DNA of 63,804 bases, the filler included, from Octopus bimaculoides (lineage: Eukaryota), in the NCBI RefSeq assembly GCF_001194135.2. It is 6 parts of 6 records of this genome, joined end to end, with 100 filler letters (N's around TTAATTAATTAA, not from the genome) between each part and the next. Parts side by side here need not be neighbours in the genome. Positions count along the whole stretch, not along the records: positions 25,666 to 43,611 come from NC_069001.1; 5 more parts are not named here. The stretch is one strand, 5' to 3'. The notes beneath the pieces were generated by a model. The model was not told the DNA's origin, ran no database searches, and was given only the letters and a program-made list of their open reading frames with translations. Below, piece by piece: positions 26,666 through 39,373 of this stretch. The stretch's first letter is position 1. Each line of letters begins with the position of its first letter. The position numbers and the translations under genes were made by a program.

Positions 26666-27656
26666 GTATATATTTATAAACATATCTAGACCGGCAACCG
26701 TATGTATGTTCATACATACATAATACAAAGCATATAGATCTGCATATGTACTGACTTCAAATACTTGCACATGCACACGCATCTATGCACAACTACTCTG
26801 TTGATGTAGCTGAAATTCCATTGAAAGCACCTTGGATCTAGGCTACAAACCGATCTTTTCACTATTGGCAAGATATCTAGACAGGAAACTAATAATAACA
26901 TCCATTCATTCATTGATACTTTAATACATTCTTGCTTGCATCCACTTACCCACCCACCCATCCATACATACACCTATCTATCCATTCTCCCATCCATCCA
27001 TCCATTCGTACGTGCGTACGTACATACATACATGTATACATACATATACATATATACATAAAGAGACGACAAAACATACATGTACATATATATATATACC
27101 ACAAGAAATTTTGTCTTAGCAAAAAAGTAAGCAAGTATTGGATATTATAGTTCCAGATACGTTTTATATAAATAAAAGACGAAATGGACGCGACAGGAAT
27201 ATCTTAAATCACAAATCTTCTCAGTTAGTGCTGATAATAATAAGAATCACCATAATATAAAATCATTTTGCTCAAAATTTCAGTTGTTTTCAAGTTAACA
27301 AATAATTTTGTCAAATTCTTTTTAGATTTATATTAACTCTGATATAGAAAGGCAATTATTAAGGGCATTCTAACCACGGCCATTGCATCTATTTCTTAGA
27401 CAGCATATATAATGCAATGCTATCCAAAATCTTATCTTTCTTGATGAGGTACCATGAAATTGAAACTATTGATGAAACATACCTTAGAAAACAAAGAAAA
27501 AAATGAGAAAAATACAAGAGGAAAGCTTCTCTGTGCATCTATAAAACGTTATGTATGCATGACTCTGTCTACTGCAAACTTGAATAGGATGCTAAGAAGG
27601 GGAAGTCCTCAGAAATGCCGCTCTTCTACTTCAGAGCGAAAAAAAGAATAGATGCA

Positions 27657-27820
27657 GGCTTGGTTATGTAGTTAAGAAGCTCGCTTCGCAATGACGTGAT
27701 TTCAGGATCAGTCCCACTGCGTGGCACCTTGGACGAGAATCCACTGTTGTAGCCCTTGGCCGATCAATGCTTTCTCAATGAATGTGATAAACTGAAACTG
27801 TATGGAAGCCCGTCGTGTAT
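27657..27820 (+). mobile_element. Family B SINE, 5' half, interrupted by the family A dimer
   Basis: gttaagaagctcgcttcgc...cagtcccactgcgtggcaccttgg...gaagcccgtcgtgtatatat, directly abutting 27825. Confidence 0.75.
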
Positions 27821-27824
27821 ATAT

Positions 27825-28270
27825 TTATTTCTTTATTGCCCACAAGGGGCTACACATAGACGGGACAAACAAGGACAGACAGAGGGATTAAGTCGATTAC
27901 ATTGACTCCAGTGCGTAACTGGTACTTAATTTATCGACCCTGAAAGGATGAAAGGCAAAGTCGACCTCAGCGGAATTTGAACACAGAACGTAACGGTAGA
28001 CGAAATACCGATAAACATTTCTCCTGGCGTGCTAACGTTTCTTATTTCTTTATTGCCCACAAGGGGCTAAACATAGAGCGGACAAACAAAGGCAGACAAA
28101 GGGATCAAGTCGATTACATCGACCCCAGTGCGTAACTGGTACCTAATTTATCGACCCCGAAAGGATGAAAGGCAAAGTCAACCTTGGCGGAATTTGAACT
28201 CAGAACGTAACGGCAGACGAAATGCCGCTAAGCATTTCGCCCGGCGTGCTAACGTTTCTGCCAGCGCACC
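27825..28270 (-). mobile_element. Head-to-tail family A SINE dimer
   Basis: Junction at 28041/28042 (ctaacgtttc|ttatttctttattg), identical to the 19932/19933 junction. Confidence 0.9.
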
Positions 28271-29329
28271 GAAACGTGTATATATTGTAACCGTTAAGAC
28301 TTTAGCANNNNNNNNNNNNNNNNNNNNNNNNNNNNNNNNNNNNNNNNNNNNNNNNNNNNNNNNNNNNNNNNNNNNNNNNNNNNNNNNNNNNNNNNNNNNC
28401 AGCAGCATGACGTCATAGTCGTGTCGGCTGTCTTTTGTTTATAAATGTCTCACGCTTTTTCATTGGTCAATTTTACTGTCCCATACGTCGATTCTAATCT
28501 TCGTGAAAAGCTTCTTTTCCACGAAGAAACTTTCTTTGAATCGGGTTTTACGACAGTTATAAAAACCCAGATTTGGGGGAAATTATTCAGTGACCCTTGG
28601 TTTGCCGCACGGGACCTTGTCACTCATTCTGGCAATGCTATTTTGCATTGTTCAACCTTCATGACCTTATGTCACGTCTCTTTTAAAACGTTTTTTTAGA
28701 GTAATTTTTTTTGAATTAGATAAGAAAATTTTCCCTGTCGTCTTTCTCACAACAAATTCTTTCAGAACATGTTTTTTTCTTCTTTATGATAACTACTGCA
28801 CTGTTTTTCATCACTATTATGTTGTGATAAATTAATTGTAAATATTTTGACTTTCTGTGAATAAATGATTGGTGTTCAATTCTGTCCTCTTGATATTTAT
28901 CTGTACGAACTCTCATCGTATTATTATAAAGAAAATTAATTAGCTAAATATTTATTTGCATACACCTAATGAAGTTATACTCAAGCATTTGTGAACGAGG
29001 GAATACAGTCAACCCAGTTTGAAGAAACGAAATAACATTCTTAAAATAAACATGACTCCTAATTCCATTTTCACAGATATCTTCCCCTTGCTATTAAAAC
29101 CACATTTTCTTATCCTGTTTAAACTGTCTTATAACGGTGATGTTAGTGAAATGTCGGTATCTTCAACATACATGCCGAACGCCATTACGAGTGTATATTA
29201 CTTGTAGCGTTCTGTTTACGCCTCATATTACTTCTAGCGTTCTGTCTACGCCTCGCAACTGAATGATTGATAACCCGACATAACCACCAACATCCACACC
29301 GTTATAATATGTATATATGTATGCGCGTG

Positions 29330-29540
29330 TGGTTGTGTTTGTGTTTGTCTTACCACCGCTTGACAACCGATGTTTGGTTGTTTACATCCCTGTAAATTAA
29401 GTTCGGCTACAGAGTCGGATACAAGTACTAGACTTTAAAAAATATCGGGGTCGAATAGTTCGAATGAAACCCTTCAATGTGGTACCCTAACAAGGTCGCA
29501 ATCCACCTCAAACTGAAAATAGTAAACGATAAAAGATAAT
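29330..29540 (+). mobile_element. Family B SINE, 3' half, diverged
   Basis: ccgcttgacaaccgatg...tttacatccctgtaa...ggggtcgaatagttcgaatgaaacccttcaa. Confidence 0.7.
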
Positions 29541-30289
29541 AGTAATGAAAAAAAATGTATTAAATTGTTCTGTGACTGCTAATTACACTATCTCTGATGA
29601 TGCATTGGTGATTAACTGACGGCAATCAGCCAGAAACCAGTAGAAAACTTCTTAACGAACGAGCAAAGCAACCAGACATTTTTTTTATTTTGCTACTTCC
29701 GCGTATTCCCATGACTCTATCGCTATCCAATTCCATTATTATGAATTTGAATCGGGAGCCTGTGACATAGTGCAGCTTTCATTAGCTGATTACATAGCCA
29801 TGAACGCCACTCCTGTGGATGCGTTGCAGTTACTCTCTTGATAAAGATTGCTAACCTGATTATTGATCTTCTAGGATTCCTCCGCTCAACATCAATGTAA
29901 GAAGCACTGTGGTCTCAGTTGAACTCTTCCGCTTCCTCTTCACAATCCGCCGTGCTGCAGTCCCATTACTTCACTATACCCTTGGCAGGGTGACTGAACG
30001 GGTGCTATGCTTTGCCAAAGGTAACCCGTAACTATGCAAGGGTTCAGTCGTCACTCCGTGTGGTATTTTCCAAATACCCGCATACACAGACTTATAGCTA
30101 ATATTCGACCTTACGTCCACTTCAGGAGTATCAACACCACTCAGACTGTGGAGCCATGAAGATTTGACTTTCTAAACAGGCCAATAAGTACCTGTCTCAC
30201 ATCCGACACCTCTCCAAACAGGATGTCATTGGTTTCATCAACACCTTTTGGACCGTGTCAAAATTTTTTATCATATTTTTGGTGAAGCG

Positions 30290-31650
30290 CAGTTATGAAT
30301 GATTGGGTGATACGGAAATTCGTTTCACAATCACGTGGTTTCTGGTCCACGCTATTTTAGGTAACTTTCCTGTGCTATACCTCTAAACTTACATAAGCAT
30401 TGTGAGCAAATTTGGTGGGCGGAAACTGTAAAAGAACACGTCATGCGTACGCATGTATGTATGATTGTATGTGTGTCTGTGTCTCACTGAATATTAAGCG
30501 CTGTTTGCTTGTTTACATCCCTGTAGTTTATAAGACTCATAGAATAAATACTAAACTTAAAAATTAGTATAAGAATCTATTTGATCGCTTAAACTCCTTA
30601 AGATGATACTCCAGCATAGCCGTAGTCCAATGGCAGAAACAAACATTTCTTTTCTTTTCATTTGTTATTCATTGGCGAGATGGCGAAAAAGCGCGTCAGA
30701 CAGAATTCCTAGCAGTATTTCTTCCGGCACTTTATGTTCAGTGTTCAAATCGTGCCGAGGTCGATTTTTGCCTTTCGTCCTTTGTGAGACGAAAAAATAA
30801 GTACTAGTTAAGCACCAGATTCGAAGAAAATTAACCAACTCATTGCTCCAAAAACAGCTGGTTCTGCACCATAATTTGAAACAAGAAAGTTGTGATCTAG
30901 TGTAATGGTTAGCGTGTCGGATAAAATGCTTAGTGGCATTTCTTCGGCTCCTTACGAGCTGAGTTTAAATTCTGTTGAGATCGGTTTTACCTTTCACTCT
31001 TTCACCCTTTCGGAGTCGATAAAATAAAGACCAGTTAAGCACTGTGATCGATGTAACCGACTTACACACTCCTAAAATTCATGGTCTTTTGACAGAATTC
31101 GAAGTCATGTATTATTGTTACCATTTTTTATTTCATACGTCAGTACCGGTTTATTTGTATATCAAGGTCTTTGTACCTTTGACAACTTCACCCCATTTGC
31201 AATATTTTGATCAGAAGAGGTCGAGTTGTCAAACAAAGTAGAGACACGTTGTCATACTATTCCTATGTGTTATATCCGGACGGTTTGTCTTGATCTTCAT
31301 GTCAGTCTTGACAAACAATATCCAAGAGGTTTGTAATCATGTCGCAGTGACCCAAGCGTTTATCGGCATTTCTTATATGTTCCTACGTCGCAGTGACGTA
31401 AATTTTATAACGAACCTCTCTACATACTCGATCGCCAATAATCTTTTGATTGGCAGAATCGTTAGTACGCCAGACAAAATGTTTAGCGGCATTTCGTCCA
31501 TCCTTACATTCTGAGTTCAAATTCCACCGAGGTCGACTTCGCCTTTTATCCTTTCGGATCGATAAAATAAGCACCAGTGGAGCGCTGGGGCCCGATGTAA
31601 TCAACAACCTTGACTTCCCCAAAATTTTGGGCCTTGTACCTGTATTATTA
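30290..31650 (+). mobile_element. Cluster of decayed SINEs: family B (~30290-30640) and family A (~30672-30885, ~30905-31105, ~31435-31650)
   Basis: Repeated matches to both family patterns. The 31435 copy is the best preserved (ctgagttcaaattccaccgaggtcgacttcgcc). Confidence 0.75.
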
Positions 31651-31659
31651 TTACTATTG

Positions 31660-31965
31660 AGTGAGAGAGCAGTGCATGTCATCAAAGTGACACTGGGGTA
31701 AGATATACGAAGCCCAATATACCCATCATGACTACCCGTCTGATAAGGGTACACCAGGCACATGCATCACAACTATATGTGCGCGACATGGTGGTCTCAT
31801 ATCAAAATAAGCAGTGCATGACTTTGCAGGTGGGGGCCCAGTTAGAATTCTCTTCTGGTCGAGTAGCCCATCCTGCTCAAAAGGTCCCTGAATAAGGTTT
31901 GTTTAAGAATGTTGAAAGAAACAGTCATGGTTCCAGAGGTGAATAATTCAAACTCCAATTAACGA
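31660..31965. repeat. Possible unclassified interspersed repeat
   Basis: gagagcagtgcatgtcatcaaagtgacactgggg...gcccagttagaatt...aaaaggtccctgaataagg resembles an octopus repeat as I recall it. No second copy in the window. Confidence 0.35.
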
Positions 31966-32049
31966 TGCATGTTTGATGTCCTTGTTTCATGCTGCCGATG
32001 TTGTTGATGTTAATACTGTTGTTAATTTTGTTACTGTTTGTTGGTTTTT

Positions 32050-32114
32050 TGTATTATTATTATTATTATTGTTGTTGTTGTTATTATTATTATTATTATT
32101 AGTAATAGTAGTAC

Positions 32115-32169
<55 letters not shown>

Positions 32170-32205
32170 TGTTGTTGCTTTCGTTGCTGTTGCTGCTGTT
32201 GCCAC
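32050..32205. repeat. Compound (TTA)n/(GTT)n/(GTA)n/(GCT) microsatellite
   Basis: Direct reading. Confidence 0.95.
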
Positions 32206-32512
32206 GGTATTAATTAGCCACTCTGCGAGTGTCTCATTCCACCGCTTCTTAACCTACATGACAATCCATCCCGTCCTACCAAACCCTATCCTTACCCATA
32301 CACACTTTCTCTGCTACCCACCGTCCCTCCCTAGCTCTCTCTCCCTCCCATCCTCTCCCCCCGCTCTCTCTCACTCCGTATTAAAGTCTCATCTGTATCT
32401 CTATATATTTCCCATCATGCTTTGCATGCAATCAGATCAATTTTGCGTTTTTTCGTCACAAATATGATTTTTAAAAAAATACTATCTCACTGTTTTTATG
32501 CCCATCACAAAT

Positions 32513-32581
<69 letters not shown>

Positions 32582-33256
32582 NNNNNNNNNNNNNNNNNNN
32601 NNNNNNNNNNNNNNNNNNNNNNNNNNNNNNNNNNNNNNNNNNNNNNNNNNNNNNNNNNNNNNNNNNNNNNNNNNNNNNNNNNNNNNNNNNNNNNNNNNNN
32701 NNNNNNNNNNNNNNNNNNNNNNNNNNNNNNNNNNNNNNNNNNNNNNNNNNNNNNNNNNNNNNNNNNNNNNNNNNNNNNNNNNNNNNNNNNNNNNNNNNNN
32801 NNNNNNNNNNNNNNNNNNNNNNNNNNNNNNNNNNNNNNNNNNNNNNNNNNNNNNNNNNNNNNNNNNNNNNNNNNNNNNNNNNNNNNNNNNNNNNNNNNNN
32901 NNNNNNNNNNNNNNNNNNNNNNNNNNNNNNNNNNNNNNNNNNNNNNNNNNNNNNNNNNNNNNNNNNNNNNNNNNNNNNNNNNNNNNNNNNNNNNNNNNNN
33001 NNNNNNNNNNNNNNNNNNNNNNNNNNNNNNNNNNNNNNNNNNNNNNNNNNNNNNNNNNNNNNNNNNNNNNNNNNNNNNNNNNNNNNNNNNNNNNNNNNNN
33101 NNNNNNNNNNNNNNNNNNNNNNNNNNNNNNNNNNNNNNNNNNNNNNNNNNNNNNNNNNNNNNNNNNNNNNNNNNNNNNNNNNNNNNNNNNNNNNNNNNNN
33201 NNNNNNNNNNNNNNNNNNNNNNNNNNNNNNNNNNNNNNNNNNNNNNNNNNNNNNNN

Positions 33257-33296
<40 letters not shown>

Positions 33297-34959
33297 TAAA
33301 CACACACACATATCTCTCTCTCTCTCTCTCTTAGACAGTCTGATAGTCATTATTCCTGTCTCTGTACGTCTCTATGGAAGAATGCGAATATTAAAAAATA
33401 CTGTATCCCCTTACACCAGTACGAAATCTAGTTTTAAGAATCTCACCAATTCTGTTTGCACAATAGGAGCGGCAATATCTTATTGAGCAAGAGGGGTGAG
33501 GTTTATAAGAGGGAGCAGCGGCTTTTGTAATTTTGATGGTGATGATGGCGTTGGCGGCGATGCTGGTGGTAGTGGTGGTGAACGTGGTGTTGCTGCTGAG
33601 AGCGGCGATAGCTGCGTGAGATTGCGGGCGCAATTCAAGAAATGGTTGAAGCTGAGGCAACTGCCTACATTTGTGTATGCATGTATGTATGTATGTATCC
33701 CATTATTCAGTTTTATTTCAAGACCTCTTGCCACTAGAGAAAGAGTCTGTTTCTAGCCTTGATCTAAAGCCCTTTTGTTGGAATTTCAACAACATCAACA
33801 GGGCATGTATGCGTATATATATANNNNNNNNNNNNNNNNNNNNNNNNNNNNNNNNNNNNNNNNNNNNNNNNNNNNNNNNNNNNNNNNNNNNNNNNNNNNN
33901 NNNNNNNNNNNNNNNNNNNNNNNNNNNNNNNNNNNNNNNNNNNNNNNNNNNNNNNNNNNNNNNNNNNNNNNNNNNNNNNNNNNNNNNNNNNNNNNNNNNN
34001 NNNNNNNNNNNNNNNNNNNNNNNNNNNNNNNNNNNNNNNNNNNNNNNNNNNNNNNNNNNNNNNNNNNNNNNNNNNNNNNNNNNNNNNNNNNNNNNNNNNN
34101 NNNNNNNNNNNNNNNNNNNNNNNNNNNNNNNNNNNNNNNNNNNNNNNNNNNNNNNNNNNNNNNNNNNNNNNNNNNNNNNNNNNNNNNNNNNNNNNNNNNN
34201 NNNNNNNNNNNNNNNNNNNNNNNNNNNNNNNNNNNNNNNNNNNNNNNNNNNNNNNNNNNNNNNNNNNNNNNNNNNNNNNNNNNNNNNNNNNNNNNNNNNN
34301 NNNNNNNNNNNNNNNNNNNNNNNNNNNNNNNNNNNNNNNNNNNNNNNNNNNNNNNNNNNNNNNNNNNNNNNNNNNNNNNNNNNNNNNNNNNNNNNNNNNN
34401 NNNNNNNNNNNNNNNNNNNNNNNNNNNNNNNNNNNNNNNNNNNNNNNNNNNNNNNNNNNNNNNNNNNNNNNNNNNNNNNNNNNNNNNNNNNNNNNNNNNN
34501 NNNNNNNNNNNNNNNNNNNNNNNNTGTGTGCATACATAAACACACATATATATTTACATATTTGCATAATTTAATGTTAAATATTTGGTATTCATATAAT
34601 TTCCAGTTTTGCCATCACATTTCTCATCAGGTAAACTGGATGAAGTCCTATGTCTCCGCATTTTTGTTATGGTATATATAATATGTGTTATTAAAATAAA
34701 CAATTATAATTCAGTAGTCACTTATATTTAATGATTTAACAATGGTCATCATTTACTGGTGAATTAGTATTCTAACGCCATTAGATACGTATACATCTGC
34801 GAATTATTTCGTCCCCTTTGCTCGAGAAATATTTTCTGATGATCTGTTCAAAATTGTTTTCACTTGAATCACAGCAATACAAGAAAAATGCCTGTAATAA
34901 TAATAAACGATTCCATAAAACAACTGCTAACAAAACGTATAGCGACACACCATCGCTAA

Positions 34960-35300
34960 AACATAGAACTTCGCCTCATAAAAATTGAATGAGAGAAGCA
35001 TGAAATGCAAGGGTGACGTCTCCACCGGCAACATATACACAAGTTACACTGAGCTTATGAAGCACACCCTCAAATATTGCCTGCACCAGCACAACACCTC
35101 CCTCAACCATTGCCGCCTGTAAAAGCCACATCACTTTCAAATCATATTTGGAAATCGAAAGATGTAGGTATTTTCAGTATGATATCATATGAAGTGTTAA
35201 ATAAAGCACTGACGTTTAAGAATGGATTAACTTCTCGCGGTTTTTCCTGACAAAGAAGTTTCAGGTTGTCGACAATGTTATATAAAACGTGTAAATGAAT
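34960..35300 (+). mobile_element. Decayed Penelope-like element, GIY-YIG endonuclease C-terminal half
   Basis: TGNIYTSYTE...HQHNTSLNH, then TSLSNHIWKSKDVG (35128-35169) and EVLNKALTFKNG. These match the Penelope TxLSxHIWxLK and WxILxKA motifs. Frameshifted. Confidence 0.6.
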
Positions 35301-35534
35301 TTCGACTACTGACCAAGAGTTTTGCTTTAAGGAATTCAGTGAGGCTACTTTGACGTGTGTGTAAACAACAACTGACAACCTACAAATTTTGCAAAGCTTA
35401 CAGTCCGCCATTACAATCAAACCTACTGACGTTTAAAGATGACCGAACGAACGAAACAACGGTTTCGATACAAAGTAATTCTAGTCTTATCTTATAAATT
35501 AACATACGCGCAAACAATCGCACGTATATACCTA

Positions 35535-35569
<35 letters not shown>

Positions 35570-35919
35570 NNNNNNNNNNNNNNNNNNNNNNNNNNNNNNN
35601 NNNNNNNNNNNNNNNNNNNNNNNNNNNNNNNNNNNNNNNNNNNNNNNNTATATATATGAAGGTGGTGACCCAGCATGGCTACAGTCTAATGACTGGAACG
35701 AGTAAACATAAAACATAAAACATGTGTGTGTGCGTGCGCACGTGTTTATGTGTGTGTATGTGTATACTAGACGTCCCGTGAGAGACCATATAATATATGT
35801 GCCTTTATAACACGACCCATACACTAGGTCGAGAACAGCATTCATTGCAGGATCCTCTCTCAGACAATCACACGGCCACATACACACATACACACACACA
35901 TACATACATACATACATAT

Positions 35920-36235
35920 TCTTTTATTCTTTTATTCTTTTACTTGTTTCAGTCATTTGACTGCGGCCATGCTGGTGCACAGCCTTGAAGAGTCTTAGTT
36001 GAAGAAATCACTCCCAAGGCTTATTTTTTAAGGCTAGTACTTATTCTATCGGTCTCTTTAGCCGAACCGCTAAGTTACGGGAACGTAAACACACCAATGC
36101 CGGTTGTCAAGCAGTGATAGGCGGACAAACACACACGCACACGCACAAACATACACACACACATATATATATGACGGGCTTCTTTCAGCTTCTGTCTACC
36201 AAATCCACACAGAAGGCTTTGGTCAGCCTGAGATA
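35920..36235 (-). mobile_element. Family B SINE
   Basis: (TTTTATTC) tail, tgactgcggccatgctgg, ttattctatcggtctc...gaaccgctaagttacggg, gacgggcttctttcag. Confidence 0.85.
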
Positions 36236-36290
36236 TATATGCATATGTAGAAGATATATATATGAGTGTGTATATGTGTGTGTATGTGTG

Positions 36291-36355
<65 letters not shown>

Positions 36356-37746
36356 TGCGCGTCGATAGAAAGAGAAACTGATAGGCATTTTGATGCCACT
36401 ACGCAATATGGAGTTATTTATAAAACTGATTCAAGCCACCACCCAAATTATTGGAAAAGGTGGAATTGAATGTTTCGGGAAGATGTCACCTCCGAGCAAT
36501 ATATGAGTCATGTGACTACGTTGAGTAAAAATAGGGTGGTCACGAATGGANNNNNNNNNNNNNNNNNNNNNNNNNNNNNNNNNNNNNNNNNNNNNNNNNN
36601 NNNNNNNNNNNNNNNNNNNNNNNNNNNNNNNNNNNNNNNNNNNNNNNNNNNNNNNNNNNNNNNNNNNNNNNNNNNNNNNNNNNNNNNNNNNNNNNNNNNN
36701 NNNNNNNNNNNNNNNNNNNNNNNNNNNNNNNNNNNNNNNNNNNNNNNNNNNNNNNNNNNNNNNNNNNNNNNNNNNNNNNNNNNNNNNNNNNNNNNNNNNN
36801 NNNNNNNNNNNNNNNNNNNNNNNNNNNNNNNNNNNNNNNNNNNNNNNNNNNNNNNNNNNNNNNNNNNNNNNNNNNNNNNNNNNNNNNNNNNNNNNNNNNN
36901 NNNNNNNNNNNNNNNNNNNNNNNNNNNNNNNNNNNNNNNNNNNNNNNNNNNNNNNNNNNNNNNNNNNNNNNNNNNNNNNNNNNNNNNNNNNNNNNNNNNN
37001 NNNNNNNNNNNNNNNNNNNNNNNNNNNNNNNNNNNNNNNNNNNNNNNNNNNNNNNNNNNNNNNNNNNNNNNNNNNNNNNNNNNNNNACATACACACATGT
37101 ATATTTATATATACAGATGCATACACGAAGATACCTTTGCTTATACTGTATTTGGTGTGTTCCTCTTCAGTAATATATATATATCCTGCAGCCATATTAC
37201 CGGAACTGAACACTTGACACAGAATAAGAAACACACACATACAAAAAACAGAAAGAAAACTAACATAACCCACAGCAAACAAGCTATAAGAATAATAAAA
37301 AAATATATATAAATAATAAAAGTAATACAAAAATATATCCCTTAAAAAAGACTGGAAATTGTGCGGGCCATAGAGTGTGTCTCTAAGGTAGGGCAGTGAG
37401 CGAGCCTCTACGCGGTCGGTATGTGCGCTAGAGATAGCTGCCAAATCACTCTCAAATCGCAAGTCACTGACTTGATAAAAGAAATAACATAAAACATTGG
37501 ATAACTTAGTCGATCCAAATGGAGAATGTCATGGCTTGACTGCCTTCGATTTATATCCAGGTTTTAGTTATGATGAGGGTAGTTTTTGGTTTCCGGATAT
37601 CATGAGGAGTGGTGGCATGCCCTCATGGTGCTACGTAAACCGATCCTGATTATGCAGAACTTTTCCCTTTTGCTTGCTCTTAGTTTTAAAGTGAGAGTCA
37701 GTCCGTGCAATCCGATCCTGGTCTGTATGGTTGGAAGTCTGCTTAC

Positions 37747-37766
37747 CCATCAGGTTTAACCTCGGG
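37747..37766 (-). CDS. Candidate 20-nt microexon (PEVKPDG in phase 0-2)
   Basis: Minus strand: ttgttcttgttactattgtttag|CCCGAGGTTAAACCTGATGG|gtaagc. Confidence 0.2.
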
Positions 37767-38559
37767 CTAAACAATAGTAACAAGAACAACAACGATGACG
37801 ACAACAGCGAGTACTGGTAATAGTGCATGGTATTTCACTATAGTGCTATCTTGAAGATATGTTCATATGTATTGAGATCTCCATCCGGTGTCTTTTCCAT
37901 TGAACATAATCTTGTAGCAACGTCTGTTTCGATTTAGTTTAATAGCCACACCATTTACTAATCTTATTCAATACCATGACCATCACCACAAATATTATGC
38001 TGTCGTGTAGTTTTTATATATTGGTTTGCACTACTGCCTCTCAAACCTAATAGCGAACGCCACCTATATCACAACGACATTTTTTTTTGTCACGTAACTC
38101 ACAACAAACTAACGTCGCAACAAACACAGCTCTCAACGCTAGCAACAACTACCACAACACCTTCTTCATAACATACTTTGCAAGAAATCCACCTCACAAC
38201 AAATCCACTTCACAAAACGAACAGTAGACTCTCCTAAAACCGTAATGACTTCTACTTTCATCAGATACCTACCTCACAAGACAACGGTAAATATTATCAA
38301 TAACACCTCGTCTTTGACACTATGCCTCACAGCACGCCAATTATCACAGCAATAACGATAAGAATCAACAGCAATGTTAGAACAGCCTCATGTTGAACAC
38401 ACTGCCTCACTCGTCAAACCAACAACAACAAAATTACAACAGACAGCCTCTTGTTTACGAAACAACTACCCAGCAAACCTATCGTCAGAACAACAACAAC
38501 AAATAGTGCTAAATACTATTGTAATAACTTGTTCAGCAGAAGGCCTCGTAACATATTGA

Positions 38560-38946
38560 GTTGTTGTTGGCACTCCGTCGGTTGCGACGTCGAGGGTTCC
38601 AGTTGATCCGATCAAAGGAACAGCATGCTCGTGAAATTAACGTGCAAGTGGCTGAGCACTCCACAGACACGTGTACCCTTAACGTAGTTCTCGGGGATAT
38701 TCAGAGTGACACAGTGTGACAAGGCTGACCCTTTGAATTACTTGCACAACAGCAACAGGAAGTAAGAGTGAGAGAAAGTTGTGGCGGAAGAGTACAGCAG
38801 GGTTCGCCACCATCCCCTGCCGGAGAGCCTCGTGGAGCATTAGGTGTTGTCGCTCAATAAACACTCACAACGCCTGGTCTGGGAATCGAAACCGCGATCC
38901 TATTACCGCACGTCCGCCGCCCTAACCACTGGGCCATTGCGCCTCC
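38560..38946 (-). mobile_element. tRNA-derived SINE, family C, full length
   Basis: Reverse complement of the 42079-42460 copy, with an (AAC)n tail. Confidence 0.9.
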
Positions 38947-39279
38947 ACTAACGTATTGAGTAGCCCTCACAACAACCAAAGACCAACTGCAAACAACAAA
39001 AATACTGTACCTCCGTTACCGCAGCACTTTGTCACATTGGATCACAGCAAAGCAATCCTCACAAAGACGGCGATGACGAAGGCAACGATATTTGCATCAG
39101 CTGCTGCAGCAACAGAAGCGCTTTTGCCAGTCCTTACCAGAGACAGCCTTGAAGGCGTGCTTATACCTGTTGTGAGCTTTACTTCCGATCCCTTTGTAAC
39201 TGACATTTATTTACTCCCTGACTTAAGACTGGTGCTATTTCGTTTCGTCGTTCGTCGTTTCGCTTCGTTGTTTTATTAT

Positions 39280-39309
39280 CATCATTATTATTATTATTAT
39301 TATTATTAC

Positions 39310-39372
<63 letters not shown>
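39280..39372. repeat. (TAT)n microsatellite
   Basis: Direct reading. Confidence 0.95.

Positions 39373-39373
<1 letters not shown>

Noticed and set aside
29195-29254. 30-nt tandem duplication (also a ~42-nt period at 53603-53675)
   Set aside because: These are ordinary local slippage events within decayed repeats.
33496-33756. Gly/Asp-rich ORF
   Set aside because: It is a degenerate (GGT/GAT/GCT) repeat with no splice or family support.
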